Assembly (NCBI GenBank): GCA_951406725.2
Contig: OX597820.1
Location: forward strand, 68,200,001-68,264,000
Direction: 5' to 3'
Origin: Octopus vulgaris
Taxonomy: Eukaryota
Length of the DNA stretch: 64,000 nt
The notes under the pieces were generated by a model. The model did not search any database. It was not told the DNA's origin and saw nothing but the letters and a program-made list of their open reading frames with translations. This document shows positions 38,265-51,819 of the stretch, piece by piece. Numbering within the stretch: the first letter of the stretch is position 1; the number at the start of each line of letters is the position of its first letter. Both the position numbers and the translations under genes were made by a program.

Positions 38265-40772
38265 CCCTACGCTTATCGCACGATCAAGAGAATGTTTTTG
38301 TTGTTGGGTTCAAGATAGTCTTTGATTAAGAAGACTTGTGAGGACCAAAGACATTTACACTGTGACTATCAGGTTTTATTTATTCATATATTAATTTTAG
38401 AACTGCATTTTAACTTAACAAAAATATTTGACACCTATTTGTAGGAAGTCGAGCAATGGTTCAATTCAGAGTGACAGCGCTTGAGAAGTTTTAGAGCAAT
38501 AAAACAGAATTTGTAACATCCAAAAATTTTTCCATGTAATTCTAAGTGCCATTATGTTCATAGAGTTTTCAGAAGTGAGAAATTTAAAGAGGAAAATGTA
38601 ACAAGTTGATATGAATTTTAGTTGAATACTCCCTCCCTCAAGACAAAACTCTTTTTAAAAATAGTTTTTTGCAATTCTGCAATAGTCATTCGTAATCATG
38701 ATCATCAAAAGAAATCGTTTCATTACTTCACAATTAGTTTCTCACCAACAAAAGGCAGTTTTCTTGAGGCCCCACTGACTAACTTGTGAAGCATTGTTGT
38801 GAGAGTAAGCAGGTGTAACGTCTAAAAAAGTTTTTCTATATGGTTACCATAATTGGTACGGGCGACAGAGAAGGGATTCAAGAACTGAATATTGAGGATA
38901 TACTCTTCAAATTTGCAGTTGTGCTTCTGCTTACAGTGATTTATTATTTCATTTGTATTAAGTGCTACATCTTTGCAGCTATATTGACTGAGCTGTTCTC
39001 GTATCTGTTACCACTTCTTATCTAAGAAGATACAAAACATCACTACTGCGGTACGTTGTCCGGTATGAACGCACTAGATACAATAGAATAAATTCATGTA
39101 CCTCTATGTTAAATTACTATAACGACATAATTTACTGCTTTCTCTACGATTTGAAACACAACAGGTGACATGCATTGGTTCTCGTACTGCATTTGACATA
39201 GTAAACTACTAAAGAAACATTTATGCAGTATGTGATTGGGCTAAGATCAAACTGAAACATAGATCTCAGACATTGTTGAGTTTGTTTCTATTTTCTGACT
39301 GTACTTTAGGAAATATCAGTGTTATATGTCAACTGTTCACCTACAACTACAGGAGGTATTTGCATAATACCTCAACATTCTACAAATAACAGTCACATGT
39401 AGCCAATTCACTTTGTAATTACACGTCTTAAAGAGCCAAGACGGCATTAGATAATGCATTCATAGATATCGAATATAACGAAAGGAATGGTCACAGCTGG
39501 AATGCAAAAATGATCTAACAAAACAGACCAACAATAGCCACAAGGGTGCTTCCATGCGGTCATTCGATCTTATAGAAATAGCAGCAAAATCTGCCGCAAG
39601 TTACAGTCGCTTGATTTAAAAGGTGAAGGGCAGTGATTATTGTCATCTGTGAGTATTCTACCTGAAAAGCGATGGTAACAACTTCATCGTTTTTGACTCG
39701 GGGCTAAATGATCATAACAACAACTAGAAGTTTCGATAACGATGTATCGAAGACTAAAACAGAATAAATAGGAAGTTGTGATGTTCATGGATTTCTCTTT
39801 CTCCCTTCTAGTTCAAAGCATTTGTGACATAATTGAAATAAAAAAAGAGCTGAGTGTATATAAAGCATTTAATACGATGCTAACACATAAGCGTTGAATT
39901 CAAATTCCTCGCGGGTATTTCGGTCTGTATTTGAGCAATGTACTTAATCGTACGTGCTTCAGTTTGTTTAACTATTTAGGCTATGTAGCAGATTTTCTGG
40001 GAAATACCACCGGTGGTAATTTGGCGTTCTATTCAAGATGCAGAGCCTTTATAACCGAACCAAAGAACCCTTGATTCCTTTGAGTTCTTCAGGCTTTTAT
40101 TTTTGGGGAAAATACAGACATGATTGGAAGAATATATTTCCCTTCATGACGATGACTATGATGATTATTACGATGGCTACGGGAATAATGATAACGATAG
40201 TGGTGATGAGAATGGTGATGATGTAATACAGTAGTGAAAAGAAATGCTTCAAAATCTATGTTCATTTCGGGAAGGTCTCGTTGTCCCTTAAGCTAGTGGA
40301 TTACTTCCCTTACATTGTGTTTTAATGCCCGTAAGGTGGGCGGCACTGCATGCAACATCAGCCTAGTAAAAGAAACGTTAATAGATAAAGCAAGGAACAA
40401 AGTGAGGATACAACAGAACATGCATGCCTGCCTCGTCTGACTAAGCCAACTGCCAGCGGCAAGCTTGTTTTTGAATCTAGGAGGCAACATAGCAGTGGCA
40501 GCAAGCAGCCTTGAAAATTCGCTAGAGCTGTGTCTATCTATTGCAAGAGATGCATCTGTTGGGCGAAAACAAATGAGGAAGAAACAGAGAGGGAGAGAGA
40601 GAGAGACAGAGAGAGAGAGAGAAAAAAGGAAAGGGGAAGAGGGAGAAAGAGAGAAGAGAGGGGAGTAAGAGGGAACGAATTTTATTGTGCATATGAGTGA
40701 GTACGTATGATGCAAGTCTTCTTCATTGCATCTTCTGTTAGCAGGAAAATAATTCGAATAACTGTATATACG

Positions 40773-40843
<71 letters not shown>

Positions 40844-40870
40844 ACATACATACATACATACATACATACA

Positions 40871-40905
<35 letters not shown>

Positions 40906-40998
40906 TTAAATAAGGGTGAAAAATTGAATATTAATTTGATTAATATCAATTTAAAATCAGTGGCCTCTCATATTGAAAAATCTGAAAATGTAATATAA

Positions 40999-41104
<106 letters not shown>

Positions 41105-41782
41105 ATATATATTTGTTGATTAGTTATTTTTGGTAAGACATTTTATGCGCCAAATGGGTGTCTGTAACAAGAAAAAGATTCAGAATAATCTTATAAAGAG
41201 AGAAACAGAGAGACTTACGCATACTCTCAGGAATACACACACACCAAAACGTGTTTGTGTAGGTATTTTAATAATTCTGTTTAATAGAATCAGGCATATT
41301 TAAGGCATATAAATAGATCCCTTCATCTATCGAGCTTTCTGTCCTGTCCTGAAATCATCTTCAATATACATACACACTAACAGTCATTTATATATTTAAG
41401 TGCATATGTATACAAAACCCACCCAGCCGAGCGCGTGAGCGCGCGCGCACACACACACACACACACGCGCGCGCGCACACACAGAAGTGATTGTGTTAGT
41501 GCATCTGTATATGCAGGATGATTAATGTTAGATGTAGATATTATATAACGATATATATAATCGGTATATGTTGCAAATCTATATGTATGCTATATATACA
41601 AAAATACTTATATGCATATATGTGTGCAGAGAGAGAGCGAGAGAGAAATAGAGAGAGAGAGAGGGAGAGGAAGAGAGAGGGAGAGGAAGATAAATATATA
41701 TTTATGGTCATTTTCCGAAAGATGGTATCAGGTATTTATCTTAAATAATATATTTATATGGACATCATACAACATATGGTTA

Positions 41783-42600
41783 AGGCGGTGAGCTGGCAGA
41801 AACGTTAGCACGTCGGGCGAAATGCTTAGCAGTATTTCGTCTGCCGTTACGTTCTGAGTTCAAATTCCGCCGAGGTCGACTTTGCCTTTCATCCTTTCGG
41901 GTCGATAAATTAAGTACCACTTACGCACTGAGGTCGATCTAATCGACTTAATCTCTGTGTCTCTCCTTGTTTGTCCCCTCTATGTTTAGCCCCTTCTGGG
42001 CAATAAAGAAATAAGAACCGTTAGCACGCCGGGCAAAATGCTTAGCGGTATTTTGTCTGTCTTTACGTTCTTAGTTCAAATTCCAACGAGGTCGGTTTTG
42101 CTTTTCATCCTTTCGGGGTCGATAAATTAAGTACCAGTTGCGTACTGGCGTCGACCTAATCGACTTTCTCCCTCCCCACAAAATGTCAGGCCTTATTCCT
42201 TGAGCAGAAAAGAATATATTTATTAGGACATCATATAACATATGTTTAAGGCGACGAGCTGGCAGAACACGTTAGCACACTGGGTGAAATGCTTAGCCGT
42301 GTTTCGTCTGCCGTTACGTTCTGAGTTCAAATTCCGCCGAGGTCGACTTTGCTTTTCATCATTTCGGGGTCGATTAAATAAGTACCAGTTACGCACTGGG
42401 GTCGATATAATCGACTTAATCCGTGTGTCTGGCCTTATTTGTCCCCTCTGTGTTTAGCCCCTTGTGGGTAGTAAAGAAATAGGTATTTCGTCTGTCTTTA
42501 CGTTCTGAGTTCAAATCCCGCTGAGGTCGATAAATTAAGTACCAGTTTCATACGAGGGTCGATGTAATCGGCTATCTTCCCCAAACGTCAGCTCTTGAAA
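41783..42600 (+). mobile_element. tandem SINE family B array (two dimeric copies)
   Basis: Heads at ~41783, ~42015 and ~42249, plus a partial unit at ~42483. The flank ggacatcata(c/t)aacatatg(g/t)ttaaggcg is present before both dimers (~41760 and ~42227). Confidence 0.9.
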
Positions 42601-43090
42601 ATATTATATAACATATCTAGCGTTTTTATCTTTAAGAACAGCAGGATATCAAAATATAATTTAGATCAACATTAATTATGCTAATTTGGTAAAAACGATA
42701 ATCATTTAGTAAATAAACAAATGATGTATATAAAGAATGACTAACTTTAAATAGTTTATTGACCATTTTAATGTTTATAAATTTATAAAGTAAAAGGAAA
42801 GATCTAATTGATATTTCGACTACATCCATTGACATGTTTAGTGCAAAAAAGACATATTTCGATAGACTATTTTGAATGGAGCATTTTATATCAATTATGT
42901 AGCAAGGATGGCCAAACAAATGGTCATCAATAATTATTCTTCCTGTCTTTTATTTTATTCGTTCACTTGATTGAAATTAATTTCTGTTGCTCTCTCTCTC
43001 TCAGTTTCTCTCTCTCTCTCTTTCTGTCATATATTTATCTCTTACTGGGTAGAATGTTTTTTTGTTGATTTTACCAATATTGTATATTCA

Positions 43091-43658
<568 letters not shown>

Positions 43659-43665
43659 ATATATA

Positions 43666-44439
43666 TAAATTTATATAAATAAGGATAAGCTCGTTAATTT
43701 AAAATAAAATAACGATCTTATCAAGTGGCCAGCATGGAAAAAATAACCTTCAAAGGTAATAATTATTAAAATTATAAATTAGGGTATCTACGAGATACCA
43801 CGAGATACCCGAATTTCTGACTTTGCATTTAGGAATGCTTTGCCTCGTCAGTAGAATACACACAGAAAATATACGAACGTATACATACATATATATATGC
43901 ACGTATGCATCATGGCCAGTTCAAAATGCCCGCCGTTTAATTCCATGTGAGATATGGTTAAAATGTCACCGCAGTAAATACAGAGACGAAATAAATTAAA
44001 ATTTATATAAATAAGGATAAGATCGTTAATTTAAAATAAAATAATGATTTTATCAAGTGGCCACCATGGAAAAAATAAGCTTCAAAGGTAATAATTATTA
44101 AAATTATAAATTAGGGTATCTACGAGATACCACCTTGCTGGAAATAGCAGTCATGATCTGACTCTAAAACCACCTTAATTGTCCATATCGCACATATCGC
44201 AATTGTCCATATCACACATTTTCTGTGTGTATTATACTGACGAGGCAAAGCATTCCTAAATGCAAAGTCAGAAATCCGGGATCCAGAATTATCCAGTAAT
44301 TTTTTACTAGCTTCATCTTGTTTCTTTGTTTTCTCTCCGTGTTTGCGATATGGACAATTAAGGTTGTTTTAAAGTCAGATCATGGCTGCTATTTTCAGTA
44401 TGGTGGTATCTCGTAGATACCCTAATTTATAATTGTAAT
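43666..44439. mobile_element. Penelope pseudo-LTR-like complex with direct and inverted copies of a hammerhead-bearing unit
   Basis: Direct repeat 43666-43800 vs ~43999-44131 and inverted arms 44097-44192 vs 44344-44439. Hammerhead copies lie on opposite strands at 43808-43858 (-) and 44231-44289 (+). Confidence 0.82.
44231..44289 (+). ncRNA. type I hammerhead ribozyme-like motif
   Basis: attata-CTGACGA(44237-44243)-ggc aaa gcatt(ccta)aatgc aaa gtc a-GAAA(44271-44274)-tcc(g)gga-TC-cagaat. The sister copy at 43808-43858 (-) has attcta as the 5' strand of stem I. Confidence 0.65.
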
Positions 44440-44448
44440 ATATATATA

Positions 44449-44531
<83 letters not shown>

Positions 44532-44649
44532 GCATACATACAAACACACACGCACACACAAACAAACACACACACAGCATTCTACATATCTTACTTAAAG
44601 CACATACATCACTGAAAGCGTGCCTATTCAGATATGTAAAACTGAGCTA

Positions 44650-44686
<37 letters not shown>

Positions 44687-45250
44687 GCATATAATAAAGC
44701 AACACAAAAGGGTTTTTTAGATTTTTAGATATAAATCGTGCCGCTTACGAGGTTGGCTTTCCTGTTCATCTCTGTGGGGTCGATATTTAAGTACCAGCTG
44801 ACTACTGGAGTCGATGTAATTGACTTAACTGTCCTGCTGGCGTTTTGTCAAAATCTGAAATCAATATATCATATAACTTTATATACTTAATATACTTTAA
44901 GCATGTGTTCGACCTGTTAGAAATAGCACGCAAATGTCATCCGAATCACATGCTATCATCTTAACTAAGGAAAGGAAACACAACAGAATGTAGTCTTACA
45001 TATCATCCCTAAAGGACAGGGCAGTAACGGCTGGAATTTTCTAGCAGGGTTAACCTGAAGCTAAACAAGAACAACAGCGACAACAATAGCAGCAACAACA
45101 ACTGCAACAAAAACAAAGATGACATTGTGCATTTGAAAAATTTCTTAGTTGATGAAATATAAAAGTTCCATTGTATTTATACACCGATATTTCCTATTAA
45201 TGTTCCTGCTGTTGTTGGTTCTAGACAGAAAACCGAACACACACACACAC

Positions 45251-45337
<87 letters not shown>

Positions 45338-45401
45338 CACGCACACACACAAATCGGCCGGAAATTGACGATCAGAACAATTTATTTTGTTTATTTTTTT
45401 T

Positions 45402-45611
45402 TGTCTTATAATTTAACACACTCATCGGTAAAATTTCCACTTATTTCTTATTTTTACTTTCCTAAAATTTTCTTTGCGTCTTGCAACCTTTTCAATAAGT
45501 CTTGAGAGTCAAGACTATTGAAAATATTGCAAGACGCAACGAAAATTTTAGGAAAATAAAAATAAGAAATAAGTGGAAATTTTACCGGTGAGTGTGTTAA
45601 ATTATAAGGCA
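45402..45611. repeat. near-perfect fold-back (~104-bp arms) of a truncated hammerhead-like unit
   Basis: The axis is at 45506-45508 (agtcttga-gag-tcaagact). The arm consensus is TTGAAAA-g-gttgc(aagac)gcaac-GAAA-attt-TA-ggaaa. Confidence 0.85.
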
Positions 45612-47374
45612 CAGAAAGAAAATTACTCTCCCCAGAGACAACACAATATGCTTCAACACACGAACACATATAAAGAATGTTGCAAACCAAATTCAAAAAC
45701 GAAATATTATTTTATTTAGTTTTATATTTATATTACATAATTTTAATGTTATTGAGAGAATCAACCTACTTTTCACTACCAAGCATATTGATAGTGTTGG
45801 TAGCGTCTGATGCCAGGTTAGGCTTGATTTAGAAAGCTTATTATCAAGTGGATTTCAGCTATGACCATCCACTCTTTTTTGTGGTATGTAAGACTGCTTT
45901 ATCTAATGCGTGTGTTTCCATTTTCTTAAGACTGTAGAATGCGGAAGAGAAAGGCTATTCGTCGAAGCTTGTCAAATGACTAAATAAAAAATGTTGTACA
46001 TCTTGTGTTCGTAATATATTAATATTGGGGTTGTTTCAGTACATAAATTTCTTCGCTTTGAGTAACTCGCTAAAGGCTTTGGCAAAAGCATAAACTCCAT
46101 AATTATTGTTCCATATTGGGTTATATGTAATATGGGGCTATGCCCCCCCCCTCCCACCCCCAAAAAAGATGAGAAATATTTTATGTAATTTTTGCGATCT
46201 ACAGCACTGCAACTCATTTACCGATATCACAATCTTCAATAATCAACAAATATCTTGAAGTTCTGCCTCTTTGTTGATAATTCCAATATTCGCTTACAGC
46301 AGACCTTTAATATGGTTATGATGTGTAATGTGTTTGTCTGCCAACAGTGCCAACAGTAATAGTGTCGGCTGAGGTTGCATCCAGAGAGATTTTTGGCAAT
46401 ATCTAATGAAAAACACTAACAAAGGAATATTTTTAATCGACAAGATTTAGGAAATAGTAAGCCAGTGCTTTTCAAACCCAATTGATGGAGTTCGTGAACA
46501 GAACTGGTGAAAACAAAAACATGAAACAAAACAAAAATCAAAAGCAAAACAAAAACAAAAAGCAAAAAAAGGCAATGATATGAAATGAAATAAGCCATAG
46601 GCCTGTTCATATTTGAAAAAAATAGTTTCTTTTATCACATCCAATTTACTGTATAAAAAAGCCCGTGGCAAAACTATGAAAAAACTCCTGGAAGTTCACT
46701 TGGAATTTAAATGCTAAAATGTCAAATGTCACAAACTCCTGTTTTAGAATGTTTGTTAGAAATGCTGGTTGATTGTTTGGCTTCGAAATATCATGTCTTA
46801 TAGAATATAATAATTTTTAAAGTAACTCTTTAATGCAGTCGAAAGCCTAGAAATCTCTTTCTAAAAGAATACTGAAAAATTATTTTACATTCGGATTGAT
46901 AAAAGTAAAGTAAGTGGTGAATGTATTAATAATAATAAGGTGGTTGCAGAGATAAACTTAAAACATTCCTGATAAGCTTAAAGCTGGAGGCTCGATCACG
47001 GATTAGGATCATTGCTATAGAAATGATTAATTAATCATGTAGATCAAGATGTTGTGGTTAAATATGGGGATTAAATATGGTTATTTCAACAAATATGCTT
47101 TAGTATTTCTATGTATTATGTATTATGTGTTAGTAAATGATGCTAGCGATCAAGTTTTCTATCTTGCTTTTAATATTATCATACTTCTTAATATCATTAG
47201 ACCTCTTTATGGCATCATTAACTCATGCATAATTAACTTTCTATATTGTATATCTAACTTGCAGAAATAAATATATTTTCCTGAACTCAACGTTAATATA
47301 TTCTTTTCTATCACAAACAATGTCTATGGCTGCAATAATAAGATACACTACTCTTTTACAGTAATAAGACACAT

Positions 47375-47628
47375 TACTCTTTTACTCTTTTACTTGTTTC
47401 AGTCATTTGACTGTGGCCATGCTCGAGCACCGCCTTTAGTCGAGCAAATCGACCCCAGAACTTATTCTTTGTAAGCCTAGTACGTATTCTATTGGTCTCT
47501 TTTGCCGAACCGCTAAGTTACGGGGACGTAAACACACCAGCATCGGTTGTAAAGCGATGGCGGAGGGACAAACACAGACGCACAAACATTTACATACAAG
47601 TACACGCACACAGACAGACACACAGACA

Positions 47629-47699
<71 letters not shown>

Positions 47700-49365
47700 G
47701 ACAGGTTTCTTTCAGTTTCCGTCTACCAATATTCACTCACAAGGCTTTGGTCGGCCCGAGGCTACAGTAGAAGACACATACCCAAGGTGCCACGCAGTGG
47801 GACTGAACCTGGAACCATTTGGTTGGTAAGCAAACTACATTATTTCATAACATTTGTCATATAGACTGTAGAAAGATTGTGTAGCTTTGCGGGCTGGACA
47901 AACACATTAATGAATGAAAATGAAATAAAATGACTAAATGAGAGACGAAACACAACACCCGCCGATTGGATTTTTCTCGAAAACATATTTTCGTGTTTTT
48001 AAAAATCAATATGTGGTTTCATACCCCTTACAAGAAGGAGGCACTAAAACCTCTTACTTAACTGGGGTTTTTTTAAAACACACAATTGAGGTTATAAACC
48101 ACTACAGACAATACAATAAGATGAGGTTTCAAACCCTATATTCATCATTATCTTCAAAGCCGCTTGAGTTCCTGTATCTCGCCATTTCCCATGCCTCACT
48201 CATGTAGGACATGTAAGTCGTGTAAGGGCCACCCAGCCATATGCGGCACTCCTCCCCAAATCCTTTAAGCCTTTCCCACAAGGGAACCTTATGACCTCCA
48301 CAGCTATCTGCGGAGGCCATTCGTGGTCTCGTGTGAAGGGCATATCTACTGTTTCTTTATGTTCTACTATTTTTTCCACCTCCCTGCCCTTGTAGAAAAA
48401 GATAATTAATTCATCATCTTTAAGGGTGGGGTCGTTTCTTCCACCGTGGGTGGCACAACTTCGGGACATGCAGACGGCACATCATCTCCCCTCTGCGATG
48501 ACCCGGATACCTGCAGCCAGCCATTTAAAAAAAATCTGGAAAAAGCAGATCTGTTGCGGCCGATGGGTCAAAATCGCTTTTGACCCTTCCCAATCGACCA
48601 CCGGCAATACCCTTACATTTAAGAGCCTGGGCCCACTATCCCCCAGTCCCCATCGGATGGAATCTTCAATCCAACCCTTCTCGGTGTCTGGGGGCAACCC
48701 ACATACCCAGGTTCTTATTAATTTTCTCCCGCAGTACAACGGAAGGAACAGAATTTCGTTGCCCTCTAAAGACTGACTCGCAAATTTGCGAGCCTTTTCC
48801 CGGTTGTCAAACAGCAGCCATACGGTTGCATGTTTGACACCACGGGATATGTATTTCACAGAGGACAAATAATCTTTTAGTTCATTTTCTATAACTGGTT
48901 TTGGGAAGACGGTGATAGAATCAAGAACTTTAGAATAAGTTCTAACCACCACCGTCCTCTCCTCCATATCTTTTAACCACTGCTTAGGCGGGTTATTTCC
49001 CACTCTAAGACAGAGTTCTTCTTTTTAAGTTCCTTCTCTGGGTTATTCTTGAAGTACTCCAGCTCGGAAAAATTCCACTTTTTCTAGTGAGATATACCCA
49101 CTAGAATTTACAAATTGTTTGGCGAAAAACAGCCGCACCAAGAATTTTCAAGCAAAAATTCTCAATTCATCGTTATGGTGATGAGAACACAATATCTTTG
49201 CTCGCTATAGCGAGCCATAATTGGTAAATTTTTTTTTGTTCTTTTTTCTATTAACGGAGCCAAAACTCACGTCTTCTCACTGTAACAGTCCAGACCAACT
49301 AGTGTTGCATTCTGGGTAACCGGGAGTAAGCAAGCTACTTACTACACAACAACTCCTACGCCTAT
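47375..49365 (-). mobile_element. SINE family A split by a 1.5-kb insertion
   Basis: The body at 47375-47838 stops at gtaagcaaactac and resumes at 49326 as gtaagcaagctacttactacacaacaactcctacgcct. Confidence 0.9.
47839..49325 (-). mobile_element. ORF1-only Tx1/L1-like non-autonomous retroelement
   Basis: 13-bp TSD gtaagcaa(a/g)ctac at 47826-47838 and 49326-49338. The ORF at 48482-49003 has RRM-like segments (TVWLLFDNREKARKF, LIRTWVCGLPPDTEKGWIED), followed after one stop codon by CAVC..SCATH (degenerate zinc knuckle). No endonuclease or RT motifs seen. Confidence 0.75.
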
Positions 49366-49562
49366 ATTGATGATTCTAATTTTATAGAAAAATTGTCTCT
49401 ACCAATGCATGCAAACCCGAACCTATTTGCCCAACGATACTAAATGCATTTTATCGGTAAGTATGACACTTTATTGTCCATGCCAATAACTCTTATCTTC
49501 TCTTGCAAAATATTGTTGTAATTTATAATAACCTTTCTGTAAGCGTAGCAATGGCAGGGTAG

Positions 49563-50612
49563 TTAACGCTTTTAAAACGGTTGACGTAAATTTACGCACG
49601 CAATGTACATGCTTTAAATCGTCTGACGTAATTATACACCACCTGACCGAGAACCGGTCCATCTACCAACTGATCGGCCGATTAGATGTTTCATGTAAAT
49701 ATTTACAACCCGATAAGCTGGTCTTGCCACTCTAGCTCTTCGTCGTCGCGTCCTACCTCTCCGGATCCGCGAACTTTCGTCGTTGCGTCCTATTTCGTCG
49801 AAGTTTCGGTCGTCACGTCAAGCTACACCAAGTTCCACCACCTCACCAGTTGTTTCTTCCGCTTCGGAAGATAACTCGAAGAGTAAGTATTTTCGTAGTT
49901 TAGAATCAGGTAATTCCGATAGCGATGATGACATGCCGTGAATCAAAGGTACAGGCGGGCACAGTGAATGGCCCTGGACAACTGAATGTCGTGTGGCGTG
50001 CGAGAGACAATTTCGTCCGAGGGCATGGGTTTACTGGTACGCCTGGCATAATGGCAAACCTTGAACATGGATGTTCGCCATTGGAAATCTTCCACGAATT
50101 GTTAACGGATGAAATGTTCCAATATATAGCTGAGAAACGAATGACTATGCTGAAAACCATCCACAGCACTTCAGACCCGGGCATGGCGGTGATTGGTTTC
50201 CAACCACGGGAGACAAAATCAAAGTTCTGTTTGCCCTGCTGCTACTGATGGGCATCGTGAAGAAACCGACCCTGGCATCATATTGGAATCATATTCCCTC
50301 CGGAAACGATGCCACGTGATCGATTTTTGGCGTGAACCATGATGACAGGACGAACAGGCTGCACCAGGATGATAGGCTACACACAATACGTCCCATCATT
50401 GACGAAGTGGCTGAAAATTTCAGAAAGGTGTTAGTTGCCACACAAGATATTTGTACGGACGAGTTTGTGGAAATACAAGGAAGGCTCCGATTCAAACAAT
50501 ACAACCCAACCAAACGTGCCCACTTTGGAGTCACGCTTTATAAAGTATGCCAGTCAACTGGTAGAGTCTGTGGGTACACGTGAAATTACAAATTCTACAC
50601 TGGTAAGGATAG
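49563..50612 (+). mobile_element. piggyBac transposon, left end plus truncated PGBD4-like transposase pseudogene
   Basis: TTAA-cgctttt...tgacgtaaatttacg left terminus. Motifs FTGTPGI..SPLEIFHELLTDEMF, LLLMGIVKKPTLASYW, DRLHTIRPII, QDICTDE, GRLRFKQYNPTKRAHFGVTLYKVC and FYTGKD. Confidence 0.92.
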
Positions 50613-50615
50613 ATT

Positions 50616-50954
50616 GGAGGTGTTGTTTTCAGTCGCGTTTGTTTCTTTGTTTGTCCGTGGACAAAATATCTCAAGAACTGCTGAATGGATTCAGATGAAA
50701 CTTTCAGGGATGTTTGGCCTCATGACTGGCACGAAGTTATTAGGTTTTGGGATCCATCCGGTACTGGACGAGGACTCTGGATTATTTTTCCGGATTTTTA
50801 CTTAAGTTTTGAGAGCGGCTGGGTTCATTTCTAGTATTTCTATAGTCGAATTTACTTCAGATATTCTCATTTTAAAAATCATCTCTGGCTAATCGTTGAG
50901 AGGACGTTGGTGTTACCTTGGCGGAGGTTTGCACTTGTTGCATATGCTTTTAGT
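50616..50954 (+). mobile_element. non-autonomous Helentron-type (HINE/DINE-1-like) element, 5'-clipped
   Basis: ggaggt..gttttcagtcgcgtttgttt(gttt)n, then tggattcagatgaaactt, and a 3' ccttggcggaggt followed by a short hairpin and ttttagt. This layout is typical of Helentron-associated non-autonomous elements. Confidence 0.7.
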
Positions 50955-51483
50955 ATTTCAAGACGGTAGTTTGTGTATTTGACTGCTACTTGTAAAATAT
51001 TTCATATAGAATCTCTCTCATTGATAGTTATAAATATAATCGATCCTCATTCATGCTCTCAAATCTGTGACAGTGTATAGGTATAATTATAAGCTTCAAT
51101 CAATGGCGAATATCAAATGAAAGAAACCGTCATGAACCGTCATGAGAAAGTTCAAGCCAGCATCGTAGCCAACATCACGAAACATCAGCTGAGATGAACA
51201 GCTCATAACACCGCATGAGTAACAGCAAACATCTCTGTCAGGTTGTTTACAACGAACTCCCCACAGGCAAAAGAAGTGTGTAGTGATTCTGTTGTTGTTA
51301 TGTGTGTGTATGTGTGTGCATGAGTGCGTGTGTGCATGTGTATGTGTGTGCGTGTGTGCGTGTGTGCGCGCTTTGCCAGCGATTTAGTTTAGACCGAGGG
51401 CTTCAATTCCTATTTTTACATTATACACTTTGTGTATGCTTAAGAAGAGTTGGATGAAAAAATGTATATTCACTTCTATTATA

Positions 51484-51546
51484 CTTTTATTCATTCTTTT
51501 AGTCTTTTATTTGTTTCAGTCATTTGACTGCGGCCATGCTGGAGCA

Positions 51547-51597
<51 letters not shown>

Positions 51598-51750
51598 CAT
51601 ATATATGTACGACGGGCTTCTTTCAGTTTTCGCCTACCAAATCTAGCTATAGTAGAAGACACTCGCCCAAGGTGCCACGCAGTGGGACTGAACCGAGAAC
51701 CATGTGGTTGGTAAGCAAGCTACTTACCACACAGCTACTCCTGCGCCTAT
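51484..51750 (-). mobile_element. SINE family A with internal deletions
   Basis: gtttcagtcatttgactgcggccatgctggagcacc ... gtaagcaagctacttaccacacagctactcctgcgcct. Confidence 0.88.
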
Positions 51751-51755
51751 AACTA

Positions 51756-51819
<64 letters not shown>

